Source: Octopus vulgaris (Eukaryota). From it: 64,000 nucleotides of DNA. Positions within the stretch are counted from its first letter, which is position 1, and each line of letters starts with the position of its first letter. The notes under the pieces were generated by a model that made no database searches, had not been told where the DNA came from, and worked only from the letters and a program-made list of their open reading frames with translations. The translations under genes and the position numbers were made by a program. Of this stretch, positions 41,469 through 56,160 are shown one piece after another. The stretch is taken from NCBI GenBank assembly GCA_951406725.2, contig OX597834.1, positions 10,912,001-10,976,000 on the forward strand, in the 5' to 3' direction.

Positions 41469-41795
41469 TATTTCTAAATAGATATTCTTCTATCGTTCTA
41501 GCTTCATTCACGATATACCGCCTATTAAAACGTCAAAAGGAACAGTGACAAATGGATGCTCCACTTGACCTTTAGCCTTGTCAATGCTATCGCAGTCACC
41601 TGGATTCCGTAAAGCTATTCTTCTATATGATATACCCATCTTTGTGTTAGATTCTCGCTTCTGATTAATAAAAGTCAATGTCAAATACCAAAAGTTGCTG
41701 TATTGCAACTTGAAGAACAAAACGCTTGTATATGAAATCCATATTTTTCCCATTTCAATTATTAGATGTTTCTTCTGTTATATAAGACAAACATA

Positions 41796-42212
41796 GGCGC
41801 AGGAGTGGCTGTGTGGTAAGTAGCTTGCTTACCAACCACATGGTTCCGGGTTCAGTCCCACTGCGTGGCATCTTGGGCAAATGTCTTCTGCTACAGCCCC
41901 GGGCCGACCAATGCCTTGTGAGTGGATTTGGTAGACGGAAACTGAAAGAAGCCTGTCGTATATATGTATATATATATATGTATGTGTATGTGTGTGTTTG
42001 TGTGTCTGTGTTTGTCCCCCCAATATCGCTTGACAACCGATGCCGGTGTGTTTACGTCCCCGTCACTTAGCATTTCGGCAAAAGAGATCGATATAATAAG
42101 TACTGGGCTTACAAAGAATAAGTCCCGGGGTCGATTTGCTCGACTAAAGGCGGTGCTCCAGTATGGCCGCAGTCAAATGACTGGAACAAGTAAAAGAGTA
42201 AAAAGAAAGAGT
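41796..42212 (+). mobile_element. SINE family A full-length copy
   Basis: All modules present. Confidence 0.95.
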
Positions 42213-42854
42213 ATACAGGACGAGTCAACCAAAATCTAACTGACAGGCCACAGTATTTGTAACTTCATAGGACTTACTGTTTGCATTGCCATCCACTCTT
42301 ATAATAGAGCGTCGGAATTTCAACACTAACACTAACAGGAGACAGCATTTGTAATTTCATTTCACAATTTATTTCTGAAATTCCTAATCAATAAAATGTC
42401 TACTAAAAAAAAAAGACCGTCAAAATAACGAACACCAAACAAACGCACGACGTGCAATGTTTTTTTCTATGTCTCCTATTAAGCTCTTGCCTAATTTGTG
42501 ACAACAAAAATTATGCAATGGGATAACACTAATTGTGCTCTGATACAGCATCTGTGATTTCATTTCTTTATTATTTACTGATATTCCTAACCATAAAAAT
42601 GTGTACTAAAAGAAGACGGTCGGAAAATGAACAGCAATAAAACGCACTACAAGGCAATGCTTTTTTTTCTAAACGAACATTGATGTGCCACTTGACCGGC
42701 AGCCTTCTCAGTGTGGCACATTTCACTACTATCAATCTTCGGTGCTTTCTTTTAACTGGGTTTTACCTGTGGATTATGTAAGTGAGAACTCCATTCCGTC
42801 GAAGACTCTTGGTCTTCCAAGTTGCAGCATCACCACAGGATACAGTTTGATATC

Positions 42855-43180
42855 TTTATTTTATTTCGTGAAGCCCTTCGCACCTTGTGGAGCACAGGAC
42901 ACCGATGACGTTCCTCTACTACTCTGGATTCTGGAATGTTTTATCTCCCCCAGGTCATATTGATTTTCAGTTCCCATTGATGCTTCCCCAACTCTGCTGT
43001 TTTTCTAGATAAAGGTTTTGTTGACCCTACGTAAACGCATCTGTAATTGCGAATACATATATTATATTAGTGTCGCCTCTATCTTTTGACATGTCCAGTA
43101 GAGGTGACCCTAGAAGAAGAGTGCTCTCCGCTGGCATAGCTTTCAGGCCGAGACATACAAGCCATCATACCGCATCAAAT
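42855..43180 (-). mobile_element. Possible bipartite non-autonomous RTE derivative
   Basis: Minus strand starts with RTE 5'UTR-like ggcttgtatgtc..gaaagctatgccagcgg..tagggtcacc..ggacatgtcaaa and ends with RTE 3'-like ggtgtcctgtgctccacaagg. Confidence 0.45.
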
Positions 43181-43870
43181 CCGTACATTGTGGTGGAAAC
43201 ATTGATCAAGACAGATAGACGTACATATACAAAAAATATTAGCGGTATTGTTCATATTTATATTGTAACAAAACTTCCTCGGAACTAAAGCAGGGTACTA
43301 AACTAAAAATAATAAAAAAGAAACTATCCACATCACTACTTATATACCGGAGATTAAATATATTACACAGAAGAAATGTTGTGCAGTTATAAATAAGGAT
43401 GTTATAGCTAACGAAAGATTACAAACGGTACATATCCTTTTAGAACAGAAACACTGCACATGTTCTGAAACGTGTAAGCTAGGGAATTACAAGTTGTATG
43501 CTTCTAGTTGCTCGTTAAGCTGTCATAACTGACAGAGTTTTTGTACTGGATCTAAGAATTTATGTGCATATGCTGAATAAATTTGAATACATCACATTCA
43601 ATGGATGCAAAGTATTTAATATATCGGGAAATCATGGATTTGTAAGCATTATTTATTATCTATAACCAAGTATGGAATGAAATATCCTTTTCAAAAGAAG
43701 TAATTCACCACAGCGTAAGCGAAAATGAGGTCGTCTTCATTTTTGCTTCTATGTGTTAGTAAAAGGAGAGATTGTTATACTCCAACCCCTGGGGAGCGTA
43801 TGTTTGGATGTATGCACATATACGTACATGCATACATATGTGTGTGTGTGCGTATGTGTGAATGTGTGTG

Positions 43871-43920
<50 letters not shown>

Positions 43921-43979
43921 TATACTTACGTGCGTACATGTGTGTATGTGCAAATGTATGAGGGCGCATGTGTGCATAC

Positions 43980-44194
43980 TTTTTTTTACTTTTTTACTTT
44001 TTTACTTGTTTCAGTCATTTTACTGCGGCCATGCTGGAGCACCGCCTTTAGTGGAGCAAATCGACCCCAGGACTTATTCTTTGTAAGCCTAATACTTATT
44101 CTATCGGTCTCTTTTGCTGAACTACTAGGTTACGGGGACGTAAACACACGAATATCGGTTGTCAAGCGATGTGGGGGGACAAACACAGACACAA

Positions 44195-44237
<43 letters not shown>

Positions 44238-44405
44238 CATATATACGACGGGCTTCTTTCAGTTTCCGTCTACCAAATCCACTCACAAGGCTTTGGTCGG
44301 ACCGAGGCTATAGTAGAAGACACTTGCCCAAGGTGCTACGCAGTGGGACTGAACCCGGAACCATGTGGTTGGTAAGCAAGCTACTTACCACACAGCCACT
44401 CCTGC
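43980..44405 (-). mobile_element. SINE family A full-length copy
   Basis: All modules present. Confidence 0.95.
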
Positions 44406-45011
44406 ATATGTATGAGCGTTTTGTGCTTTGTGATTTTATTATCCATTATTTTATCGTAACATAACCAGTCACTGACTATATGGTCCCTTTTCTTTAAACC
44501 AAGACGGCACTCGAGCTTTGTGCTTCACTTGTTCTATTTTGCCTCAATTCTTGTCGAGGTATGCACATCCATCACATTACCGATCTATGCAAATATGCAC
44601 GTCATAAAATAATATTTGGCCTATTTTATTAGAATGTACCACCAGCAATCTATATTTTTAAACACGTGTTTTTTTTGCTTCTGACATGCCTTTTGTATGG
44701 CTATCAATATATTCCTTCCTGCGTATAGCCATATAGATGGCTATACAAACAATGTTATATCTCATAGGAATACAGTATATTATAGATTTATTTGAACACA
44801 TGATTCGTATATACATGATATGCTCCACACTGGTGTAGTACAAGCATACGTGAATGTCTACAGCCATTCTTATCTCTTTTGGTGATTGTGTGCTGGTAGC
44901 TACCTTTTGTTTACAAACAGCGTAAGAGTAGCCTACAAGTTGGGATAGGATGCCTTTATTCAAGGTTTCTCTGACAATTATATTTTCTAGCTTGCGGTAT
45001 ATTTACATATA

Positions 45012-45414
45012 TTTTACGCTTTTACCTATTTCAGTCAGTTGACTGCGGCCATGCTGGAGCACCGCCTTTAGTCGAGCAACTCCACCCCGGGACTTATTCT
45101 TTGTAAACCCAGTACTTTTTCTATCGGTCTCTTTTGCCGAACCGCTAAGTGACGGGTACATAAAAAACACACCAGCATCGGTTGTCAAGCAATGCTAGAG
45201 GGACAAACACAGACACACATACATATACGTACACATACATTTATATATACATCTATACGACGGGCTTCTTTCCGTCTACCAAATCCACTCACAGGGCTTT
45301 GGACGGCCCGAGGCTATAGTAGAAGACACTTGCCCAAGATGCCACACAGTGTGACTGAACCCGGAACCATGTGGTTCGTAAGCAAGCTACTTACCACACA
45401 GCCACTCCTGCACC
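45012..45414 (-). mobile_element. SINE family A copy
   Basis: All modules present. Confidence 0.93.
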
Positions 45415-46177
45415 TATAACATTTTACTTGAATGAAGAGTATTACCCATCCTGGTCTTTGTCTAAATAAATCGGCCCAGACCACATCTACTTTTGGTCAT
45501 AATGGATAATCTGTTCTCTCAAACTACCTGGTTTAGGAAGATTTAATTTTTGTGTGATCTTATTATAGTGTTAATGTTCTGTTGACTGTATACGCGATCT
45601 CTTAATGTCTGTCTTTAAATAATGCGGCGCTCAGAGACTCTTTGGGCTGATTAAATATGTTGCATCCATTTAATGTTGATCCTGTCAATGTTTTTCTTGA
45701 TATGTATGTCACGTATGGCGTCTGAATACCACGCAATATATACAATCAAGTGGAACATCGTGGAAAAATCTGTTCCACATGTAAATGAATCAAAGAGATG
45801 CAACTCATGCGTAGCTGAAAGATCTCACATTTAGTTCAGATCCAATAATTCCACCTCACTAAAGACTTTGTGAACCAATTTTATATTTTGCCTCCATTTA
45901 ACAGAGATCCGGTCGTCAATATAGTTGATATGGATGTCACCAGTATTTGATAGTATTTTCCTAATTTTTATGTTCCAGTTGTGCATACTTTCACATGTCC
46001 AGTTTTAATATACCAAATGTTAGTGCTAGTACTGGCACAGAAATAGCAGCCGAGAAATTGCTTTAAATAATGCAAGTAACTCTGGCATTCATTGGTGGAA
46101 TGTTATTTCGTTAGTTTATCTTTAATCACGGAACCGTTAAATCAAACATACTTGTCGATTCTTAGGTATTTGTAATA

Positions 46178-46728
46178 CTGATTAAACAAGGCTAGAAATT
46201 TCGGGGAAGCTTGTAAGTTAATTACATCAACCCCAGTACTCAACTAGTACTTATCTTATTGAACCCGAAAGGATGAAAGACAGAACCAACCTCGGCGGAA
46301 TTTGAACTCAAAACGTTAAGACGGCGTACTAACAATACCTATTTATTTATTACCCACAAGGGGCTAAGCATAGAGGGGATAAACAAGGACAGGCAAAGGG
46401 ATTAAGTCGATTAAATCGACCACGGTGCGTAACTGGTACTTAATTTATCGACCCCGAAAGGATGAAAGGCAAACGTAACGGCAGACGAAATACCTATCTC
46501 TTTCCTACCCACAAGGGACTAAACACAGAGGGGACAAACAAGGACAGACAAACGGATTAAGTCGATTACATCGACCCCAGAGCGTAACTGGTACTTAATT
46601 TATCGACCCCGAAAGGATGAAAGACAAAGTCGACTTCGGCGGTATTTGAACGCAGAACGTAACGGCAGACGAAATACCAATAAGTATTTCGTCCGGCGTG
46701 CTAACGTTTCTGCCAGCTCATCGTCTTT
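46178..46728 (-). mobile_element. SINE family B trimer with a single 13-bp TSD
   Basis: Three central domains in tandem; ggtatttgtaata at 46165-46177 and 46729-46741. Confidence 0.88.
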
Positions 46729-47184
46729 GGTATTTGTAATATTCATCACTGGTATACACCATTGGTTTGTATATTCCTTACCTCTAAGACAATCTTTCTT
46801 TGATTAATAATCATGAACATTTTTCCGGACTAAAGGTTGAAACTAATTTCATCTGATGTCACGGCTATTACTATAGTATGACATAAGGTCGTCTATAGAA
46901 TAGGTTTTGGTGACATTATTTTTTTCTTTCGGCAGTGGATCCTTTTAAGTAGAATTAGCATGACTGACAAAGTGTCTGATTTTAGAGATAAATTGTCACA
47001 CTGAAACACATTCGTCGATAGCTTAATTCTGTTAGTGACTATACTGATAGTTTCAGTTCCTACCTTTAACCCGCTGTCACCTGCTATTGTCATTTACTTC
47101 ATGGCTTGAAATAAAGCAGCAGAAGCATTGCCAAGACATAGTTCATCTGTCATCTATTACGTAAGATATATATTCAAATGAATA

Positions 47185-47345
47185 GGCGCAGGAGTGGCTG
47201 TGTGGTAAGTAGCTTGCTAACCAACCTCATGGTTCCGGGTTCAGTCCACTGCGTGGCACCTTGGACAAGTGTCTTCTGCTATAGCCCCGGGCCGACCAAT
47301 GCCTTGTGAGTGGATTTGGTAGACGGAAACTGAAAGAAGCCTGTC

Positions 47346-47391
<46 letters not shown>

Positions 47392-47558
47392 ATGTGTGTG
47401 TCTGTGTTTGTCCCCCTAGCATCTGGTGTTTTTACGTCCCTGTCACTTAGCGGTTCGCTTGACAACCGATGCTGGTGATAGTCGATTTGTTCGACTAAAG
47501 GCGGTGCTCCAGCATGGCCGCAGTCAAATGACTGAAACAAGTAAAAGAGTAAAAGAGA
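47185..47558 (+). mobile_element. SINE family A copy with rearranged right module
   Basis: Head and tail intact; gcttgacaaccgatgctggtg displaced downstream. Confidence 0.92.
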
Positions 47559-47899
47559 ATACTCCTAATCTACTCATATATTCAACATGATTCGTTTGTA
47601 CAGGTTTGCGTCCTTAAGGACTGCTTTGCCGTTGAGAATCTGTTCAACCAAATTCTAATTTCTTTCTTCCCTCGTGGTGTGTAATCATTTGCAGTAGTAT
47701 GACAGTAACAGGGATGCAGTGAAGCAACAATTATTTACTTCACACATAGTCTAACTATGGGGTCGCATTCATAAATCCACATAACACATGAGCTCTTTCT
47801 CTCTCTCTCTCCCTCTCTCTATCTCTCACACACACACACACAGACACACTCACACACACAACTGCACAGATATTCTGATAGCTCCAACGATAAGTTTAT

Positions 47900-49145
47900 T
47901 GTAATATTATTTGGTCTTGGCCACTTCCGGTTTGTATCTGGAGTCGAGGTTGCTTTTGTTTTAGGACAGGCTGGTGGTGACATTTGTGTCCATCAAAGTC
48001 TCGGAAAACCCGCTGTCATCCCTGAATATTTTTTGTTATTTATTAATTTATTTATTTATTTTTGTAGGTAGGAATTTCATGTTACTATGAACGTGGCTTT
48101 GTACCAGTTTTAACAACTTTTGCTGCTCCTATAATGATGAGCTGACAAACATTTTTGGTGATTTTAATCCCGCTCGCCTAGATTTCTACACGAAGCTGCA
48201 ACAGTAGAAAAAACTTCGCAGAGGACCTCTCAGTTGTTGAAAACGCCTTGGAAAATGAATTTGTGCCAGTGATTCATCTGAATATCACAAGCTTTATGAT
48301 AGCGGATCTCAAAAGAGAAAGGACATTGTCTAAGAGAACACTAACTTTTGAAATAAATTAAGTGAAATAATGCATTGCGGAAGACGCTTCAGATGCACTT
48401 GGTGAGCAAGGGAAAACATTGAAGCCCCAGTTCAAAAGATTCAGTGAGGCACATAAGGCTTTTCATGAAACCCTACATGAAGGTGAGGTTGACGAAAGTG
48501 AAAACTATTTATACAGTTTGCAAACCCACTATGTGAATATTTTCTACACGGTAAAATATGCATTCAAAAATATGAAGCCCCAAAATTTACAAAGTGTGGT
48601 TGAAAAACCCCTTATTGAACTCAATGAGTTACTTACATGCTTAAAAATGCCAAAAGGGTGATCCGCTCATGCATCATCTATTTATTAAATCGTACCAACT
48701 CAACGTTGATTCGATTTCTACAGATAATAATAATAATTTTCAAAGTAACACGGCTAATTCAGTATACAAAAGGTCCCGCGAGAGAGGCCATCAGGGGCTG
48801 TCTCTTAATCAGTGGTGTGGTAGGATATCAACAAGCACTCACTATTCTTGAGAAAAAGATTTGGCAATTTCCACTTGGTCACTGAGGAAAATCTCAATAA
48901 TCTGAAACAAAGTAAACCAGTGAAAAGGCCACAAAAGTCACAGAAACTAGCGGATGATCTGAAAAATCCTGAAATGATTTTGATGAGGCTAAAAGTGCAT
49001 CAATAATTGAATTCATAATCCAACATTTTGAAAATTGATAGCCATTTACAACCTTATTTACAAATTAAGTGGAAGAAATGTGCCCTTGAATATGTCTTAG
49101 AGTTTGCTGCTAAAGATGCGTCAGACGTGAATGACCCTAGATTTC
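47900..49145 (+). mobile_element. BEL/Pao LTR retrotransposon relic (putative 5' LTR plus gag)
   Basis: TRLIQYTKGPAREAIRGCLLISGVVGYQQALTILEK-FGN-HLV, QKLADDL and LQIKWKK..DVNDP match BEL/Pao gag (DUF1759-type). Putative LTR tgt..aca at 47900-48203 is less certain. Confidence 0.72.
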
Positions 49146-49185
49146 CACTCATTCCCCTATATGTCCACATGAAGCAACGACATAT

Positions 49186-49440
49186 ACTTTTATTATTTCA
49201 TATATTTCAACTGGAAGGCTGTGGCCATGCTGGATCACTGCCACTGTAATCACCATTTCTATTACGAATTTTATCTTGATGTCTTTTGAGTTTCTTGCCG
49301 TGATATAGGTTCATCTGTGTTCTTGGACTGCAAGAGGTCAAGTAATTTCTTGAAGACATTTATCCCTACTCTATGAAGATCTCTCAGATGTTTTGGAAAT
49401 GCATTAAATAACTGTGGGCCGATGAATCTCAAAATTGTTC
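49186..49440 (-). mobile_element. CR1/L2-like LINE 3' end, related to 14135-15100
   Basis: ILRFIGPQLFNAFPKHLRDLH..VFKKLLDLL..DEPISRQETQ followed by tggcagtgatccagcatggccacagc. Confidence 0.8.
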
Positions 49441-49869
49441 CTAGAATTCACTCATTCCAAATTACAACTCGAACTTTATAATTTTATTTGTTTGTTTGGG
49501 TTTTATACAAAAAAATCTTCATAAACTGTCCTGTATTTAGTACAAAGTATAATTACACGGTTCTGCTTTTCCCACTGATGGTTTTGCACGGCATTCAAGT
49601 TACTTTTAGATTTCAACAACTCAGAGTTCACACGGCTATTTTCTATAATATCTCTATTTACATCTTATATTGTTACCAGGATACTTATACGATATTCATA
49701 GAATAATTTAATTAGCTCACTTTCAATATTTAGTGCTATTACCATAATATCAATATTCATATTCATATACCAGTATGATATTTTATTCCATATATTATAT
49801 GGTTTAATTAATTATATATACAAGCATTTATGTCTGTATATGAATAGATGTTCGAGCACATACACAGAT

Positions 49870-50002
49870 GTATATATATATATATATATATATGTGTATA
49901 TATATACACATATATATATACCTATATATAAGTATATATATATATGTATATATATATACTTATATATATATATACATATACATATATATATATGTATGAA
50001 TG

Positions 50003-50036
<34 letters not shown>

Positions 50037-50052
50037 CATATATATATATGTA

Positions 50053-50105
<53 letters not shown>
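49870..50105. repeat. (TA)n tract
   Basis: Direct reading. Confidence 0.97.
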
Positions 50106-50107
<2 letters not shown>

Positions 50108-51128
50108 GTTAAATTATATTTCATTATGTATTACCCTAACAATTCTTTATATCTTAGATCTTCAAAAGCTATTCTCGATATCTCCATACTCCAATATGTC
50201 CCTTCCTAAAAGCTCTTTAAAATCACTTAACGTATATATTATGAAATATGTACGCCATTATCTTCAATGATTAACCTAATGAAATAAACATAGATTATAT
50301 CACGATATACAAAAGTATGAACCTATCGTTCTTCATAAAACGTACTCATTATAATATTGGTATTAATTACTTAAAGAAACTAACATTTTGTATGAGACAT
50401 CATGTATATTTTACGATGTTTGTTATTTTGGGATTTTGAGTTTTCACCTAAATGATACCATAGATAGCTGGATTTTATTTTTACGACTGTGTGTCTGGAA
50501 ATTTAGAAATTGTCCTTTTTTCTCTTTTCTTTTTCTTTTCTTTTTTTTTTTTTTTTTTTTTTTGAATATTTCATTCACTGAAACGTCATCGAACACTTCC
50601 GAAGAGAGAACATTTTTTTGTTTTTGCATGTTTCAGAACAATTTAGTCATTCATTTTCACATTACAATATAGAATTTAGGTGTTTATAAAAGCCGGAGTC
50701 CGCCTACATGCAAAAGCTCATTACTCTCATCTCATAAAAAAAATATCACGGCTGTTATCCCATATTCTCACATAAAATATAAGTGAACAAAAGTAGTTCA
50801 AAGAATCAATTATATCTAAAAACAACGTGACTGCATTTTAGAAACGTTAATGTTTTAAATTTTCAGAAGAACGCATCATGGGATATATACTAGACGAGAT
50901 TTCTTGCGGAAATGATACCATGATGGCGATTAAATTTAGGGTGCGAGTCTACTTTAAAAATAATATAGAAACTTTGGTGTGCAAAGGAAATTTGGAATCC
51001 ATGCTGTACTTAATTTATTGCAACTGAATGAGAATAAAAGCCGATAGGCATACAAACGCAAAAACAGAAATTACTTGGAGAACATATTGAGCTCTTCAGT
51101 ACAAACATAGCATAAATAATTTGTTAGA

Positions 51129-51130
<2 letters not shown>

Positions 51131-51162
<32 letters not shown>

Positions 51163-51207
51163 ATATATAATATATATATAAATATATATGTATATATATA
51201 TATATAT

Positions 51208-51260
<53 letters not shown>

Positions 51261-51261
51261 G

Positions 51262-51339
<78 letters not shown>

Positions 51340-51368
51340 ATGTATATATATATATGTATATATATATT
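51131..51368. repeat. (TA)n tract
   Basis: Direct reading. Confidence 0.97.
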
Positions 51369-52101
51369 CAGATATATGTTTCAGCCCTCAGGCCGTGGCC
51401 ATATATATGTTTTATCTTTTACGTGTTTCAGTCATTCTGTTTCTGATATTTCAAAAGCGTATTTTGAAACGATAAAGCATTTTATAGAACATGGCAAGAA
51501 CGCAAACAAATAAACAAACCAACTAACGTTTTGGATTTTATACACTCTACTATTAAAGGCAATGAATAGTTCACCTCAAGAATATATCATTTATCAATTC
51601 AGTCAATAAATCCCAACGGCTGTGGCCGTAGCGATAGTGTTGGTTGACCTGTTTACTTCAGAATTCATTGAAGAGTGAGCCAATCATTGATGTGATCAAA
51701 CAGAAGTATGTACAACCCGTCCTTGATATCTGTTGAATGAAGAAAACATTAAGCCAAGAACCACCTCCATCCCCATAAAACTACCAATTGTTCCTCTCTC
51801 TCCATCACCTCTTTCTCCCCACCAAATGCACACCAAAATACCCACTTAACTCACTCAAATTTCATATTGGTTAAAAGGGATAAACACCCATCTGGTGTAC
51901 ATCTATTAATGCCGTATATATCACCTGAAGAAATGAATCCATGAAGATGATCAGCCTGATCTCCGATCTCCACGGATACTTTGGATTAAACCGTTATCAT
52001 CCCAGGAATACGGACTGTGATCTTATGAGATATATAATTTGTAGAAACACGCGTAGCGATGCATTAAATGTTTATAAATTCCACCCAAGTATTATTGTTT
52101 A

Positions 52102-52941
52102 TGAGGGAGACTCAAAAATTATGCGCATTGTTTTGTCAATGTATATAAACAAAATGTATATAAACAAAAGCAGGGGATAAAAAAGTACGACATTTTTCTA
52201 TATAGTCTCCATCGTTTTCGATGCACTTGGTTCGGCGGTCCACAAGCCTGCGTGTTCCATCCAATAAGAAGTCTTTCGGTCGGCCGTGCAACCATTTACA
52301 CACCGCTTCCTTCACATCTTCATGCGCAGATAATCGCTGAACACGTAAAACATCTTTGAGCGATCGAAAGATATGATAGACGAAATAGTCGTGATCTGAG
52401 CTGTAGGTGCGGTCTTCCCGCACCTCAAAATCTAATTGGTTAATGGGTTCAGCGGTCTGGGGAGCCGTGTGTGGGCGTGCATTTTCATGCAACAGCAACA
52501 CGTTCCTCGACAATTGGCATCAGCTTATTGGTCAGCAAAGAACTGTATCTTGTACTGTTGATCGCACACCCCTTTTCCAGGTAGTCTTCCAGTATAGAAT
52601 ATTTTGAATCCCAAAACTTTTAAACTCTTAAATTTCTTGATCCACACGTGGTAGTGCACTATAACTGCATTGTACTAAAATCCACCGAAGAATTTCAGCG
52701 CCTGGCACAGCTTGCGACACGAGAAATCGGATCATTGCTCTTTATTCTGCTTTGGTGCACATCGCTAGTGGGGTGGCCATGCTTACATTCTAAGACCAGA
52801 AAGAAAATGGAACGATCAGGCTCAAACGTCGATCACGTGACCACAATTGTACCAACTATAAGCACGCAGTCGCAGAAAGCAGTATGACAATAATAAAGAT
52901 ATGTTATAATGAAAGTGCGGATAACATTTGACCTCCTCTCG
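52102..52941 (-). mobile_element. Internally deleted mariner-family element
   Basis: Degenerate TIRs ta|tgagggagactcaaaaattatgcgca / tgcggataacatttgacctcctctcg|ta. ORF 52136-52513 has LLLHENARPH and YHIFRSLKD..CIENDGDYIEK; N-terminus reads MCTKAE*RAMIRFL. Confidence 0.88.
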
Positions 52942-52955
52942 TATATATATATATT

Positions 52956-53290
<335 letters not shown>

Positions 53291-53359
53291 AAGAGGAAGT
53301 CAAATGTTATCAGCACTTTCGCCATAACGTATTTTTATTATTATCATACTGCCTTCTGT

Positions 53360-53436
<77 letters not shown>

Positions 53437-54024
53437 CATACATACATACATACAAACATACGATGGTCATCTTCAGTTTCCGTGTACCAATTACACTTTC
53501 AAGGGTTTGATGTCATGCAGTGGGACTGAACGCAGAACCATGTGCTTGGGAGCAAGCTATTCCTCAAACACTCATGCATGAGCTTTTATATATATATATA
53601 TAAAGTATTATTAAACCCCTAAATCTATTTCGCATTATCTTATATCTAACTCAACATTTGTTATTTTAAAAAAGCCATCCATGTCTATCGATGCTACGAA
53701 GTAGAAACTATTTCCTTTTACTGGATGATTTTAAAATACTTGTAGGGGCCAATGCTAACTTGGAAATCCCATTCAAATTTTCTTCATAAGTGCAGCCAAA
53801 GCATAAAATCTATTTAAAAGGGTATTTATAAAAGGCATATGCATATAAAATAGGTCTGAGAATTTTATATTCTGCACTAAGTTCCTCCACTTAGACCCGA
53901 AGCTCAAAAATATTTTAATTAGGAATGAAATTATTGACTTGGAATCAAACTAAAGTAAAGCAATAACTTAGTATTACAAAAAAGATAACTTAAACTTTAT
54001 AAGGGAAGTAAATTATATATTACA

Positions 54025-54421
54025 TTAGCAGTATCGCCCGGCGTTGCTCGGATTTGTAAGGGAAATAACTATATAAGTATTTTTAGAGAGTTATAGCCAA
54101 AAAATAGCAAAAAAATGCATTAAAAATGTAAAAAAAATGATGGTAATTTTTTTTTTAAATCGTTGACTCATCGTAGACATTTTTAGAGAGTTACTTCCCT
54201 TATATAATAGCGAAAAAATGCATTAAAATGGAAAACAATGATGGAAATTTTTTTTTAAATCGTAGACTCATCGTAGACGCGCGCTAATACCCACAAGGGC
54301 TCGATATGAATCACGACTATAAGATACCCGGTTTTGGTTAAACTGCACCGCAAAATGAGGGGGTAGTTAGGAATCTAAATCGTAGGAGACAGACACACAA
54401 CTTCTCTTTTATATATAAAGA
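54025..54421 (-). mobile_element. Complete non-autonomous Helitron
   Basis: Minus strand a|TCtttatatataaaa ... subterminal hairpin ccgagcaacgccggg, ending CTAA|t. Inserted between A and T without TSD; two internal ~100-bp tandem units. Confidence 0.85.
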
Positions 54422-54935
54422 TATTCAATATTATAAGAATGGAATTTGGTGAATTGATGTTTTTAGACAGAAAATTCCTCAAAGTACTAGCAGAACTCAC
54501 TGATGAGAGAGAATCTACGTATTCCATTGTTAGTATGTACAGATGCAGATAAAAATAGAAACCTCTGTGATGTTACACCAAAAAGACAAGAAAATCACCG
54601 AAGTCAGAAAATTGTAAGTGAATTGCAACAGTATTTGTTTATACACACACAAAAGGATAGAAATTAAAAAAGAAATCTTATGCTCTAAAACAGTATAGTA
54701 CGGAAATAAACTACATGCAATCGAAGAAAAAAAATGTTGAAATATTAAAGTACATACAAACTAATTTGATTAAAGAAATAAATTTACATTCTATGACATG
54801 ACAGTAACATTTGATCATGAACAAAAAAAACCGAAACGGAATTTAAAAATACACGAAGTTCAGAGTGGTATTTAAACATATTGAAATCAAACATTGTTAT
54901 ATTGGTAAAATTGGTAGATTTGTAGGAATATTGTA

Positions 54936-55091
54936 AGTGGCTGTGTGGTAAGTAGCTTGCTTACCTACCACATGGTTCCGGGTTCAGTCCCACTGCGTGG
55001 CACCTTAGGGCAAGTGTCTTCCACTATAGCCTCGGGCCGACCAATGCCTTGTGAGTGGATTTGGTAGACGGAAACTGAAAGAAGCCCGTCG

Positions 55092-55142
<51 letters not shown>

Positions 55143-55352
55143 TTGTGTGTCTGTGTTTGTCACCCCCTCCCCCAACATCGCTTGACAACCGATGCTGGTG
55201 TGTTTATGTCCCTGTAACTTAGCGGTTCGGCAAAAGGGACTAATAGAATTAGTACCTTGCTTACAAAGAATAAATCCTGGGGTCGATTTGCTCGACTAAA
55301 GGCGGTGCTCCAGCATGGCCGCAGTCAAATGACTGAAACGAGTAAAAGAGTA
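54936..55352 (+). mobile_element. SINE family A copy
   Basis: Lacks the first few bases, otherwise complete. Confidence 0.94.
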
Positions 55353-56160
55353 ATATTTAATGGTGGCGCCCCGAACTCCTGGCTGAACCCAATGATAGAT
55401 TTATAATATGTTCAGGGCTTACAGCAGAAACAAGCGCTTAGTTCCATTGGCGCTGTAACGGAAATTATATAATGGTATATATGCAATAATATGGGAAAAA
55501 AACTATGAGAATATGAAATCTTAGAATATAGTCAAATTAGGGGAAATAAAATAATTAACCTGACATAATTGTCTACGACAAAAAAGTCAATTGCCTATTA
55601 ATTATCGACATGACAATACAAAATGGCTCCATTATTGTGCAAAGCGTGCTGAAACGCTTAACAATTGCACTGATCTAGATGTTGAACTGAAGTATTATAG
55701 CAGTTAAGGATTATACCTAGAATATCATAATTGGTACGATCATTTCTGTCAGGATAATTAACAAATTATGTATAAGATTAACCATAGTCACGTTTTAGAA
55801 AAACAGTTAATAATAGAAATTATAAACATTGTTAGGAGAAACCAAGATACCATTATGCAATTCTGACCATCCTCGTTAACCTTATAATTGTATGCATGTT
55901 TTCCATTCCACGTTCTTGTTAACCTTGTATATTTGTGATAAAAGAATATTCAACCCATATTTGTAACCGCACACACATTCTGCGAGTATTTCTTAAATAT
56001 TCTTTCAAGAAAGGGTAACTTTGATGAGTTTCTTTTTTATTTAACTCACTGAGAATAATAAATATATTGATATTGTTTAATCTTCTTATTTAGCAACTGG
56101 AGTTAAATGAAAAATAATACGCACTCATCATCACCACCATCATCGTCATCGTGAACGATA

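Larger units (their letters stand above)
44600..47150 (-). mobile_element. Highly decayed PLE (Neptune/Penelope-like) ORF interrupted by SINEs
   Basis: In the expected order on the minus strand: LSVMLILLK, VPVLALTFGIL, NYIDD (45912-45926), MCSNKSIIYCI (GIY-YIG-proximal). Confidence 0.4.

Noticed and set aside
43405-43482. agaaca/tgttct stem followed by gaaacgtgta
   Set aside because: The upstream core is degenerate and distant, and stem I does not pair.
54500-54530. ctgatgagagag motif
   Set aside because: No GAAA or NUH in hammerhead geometry.
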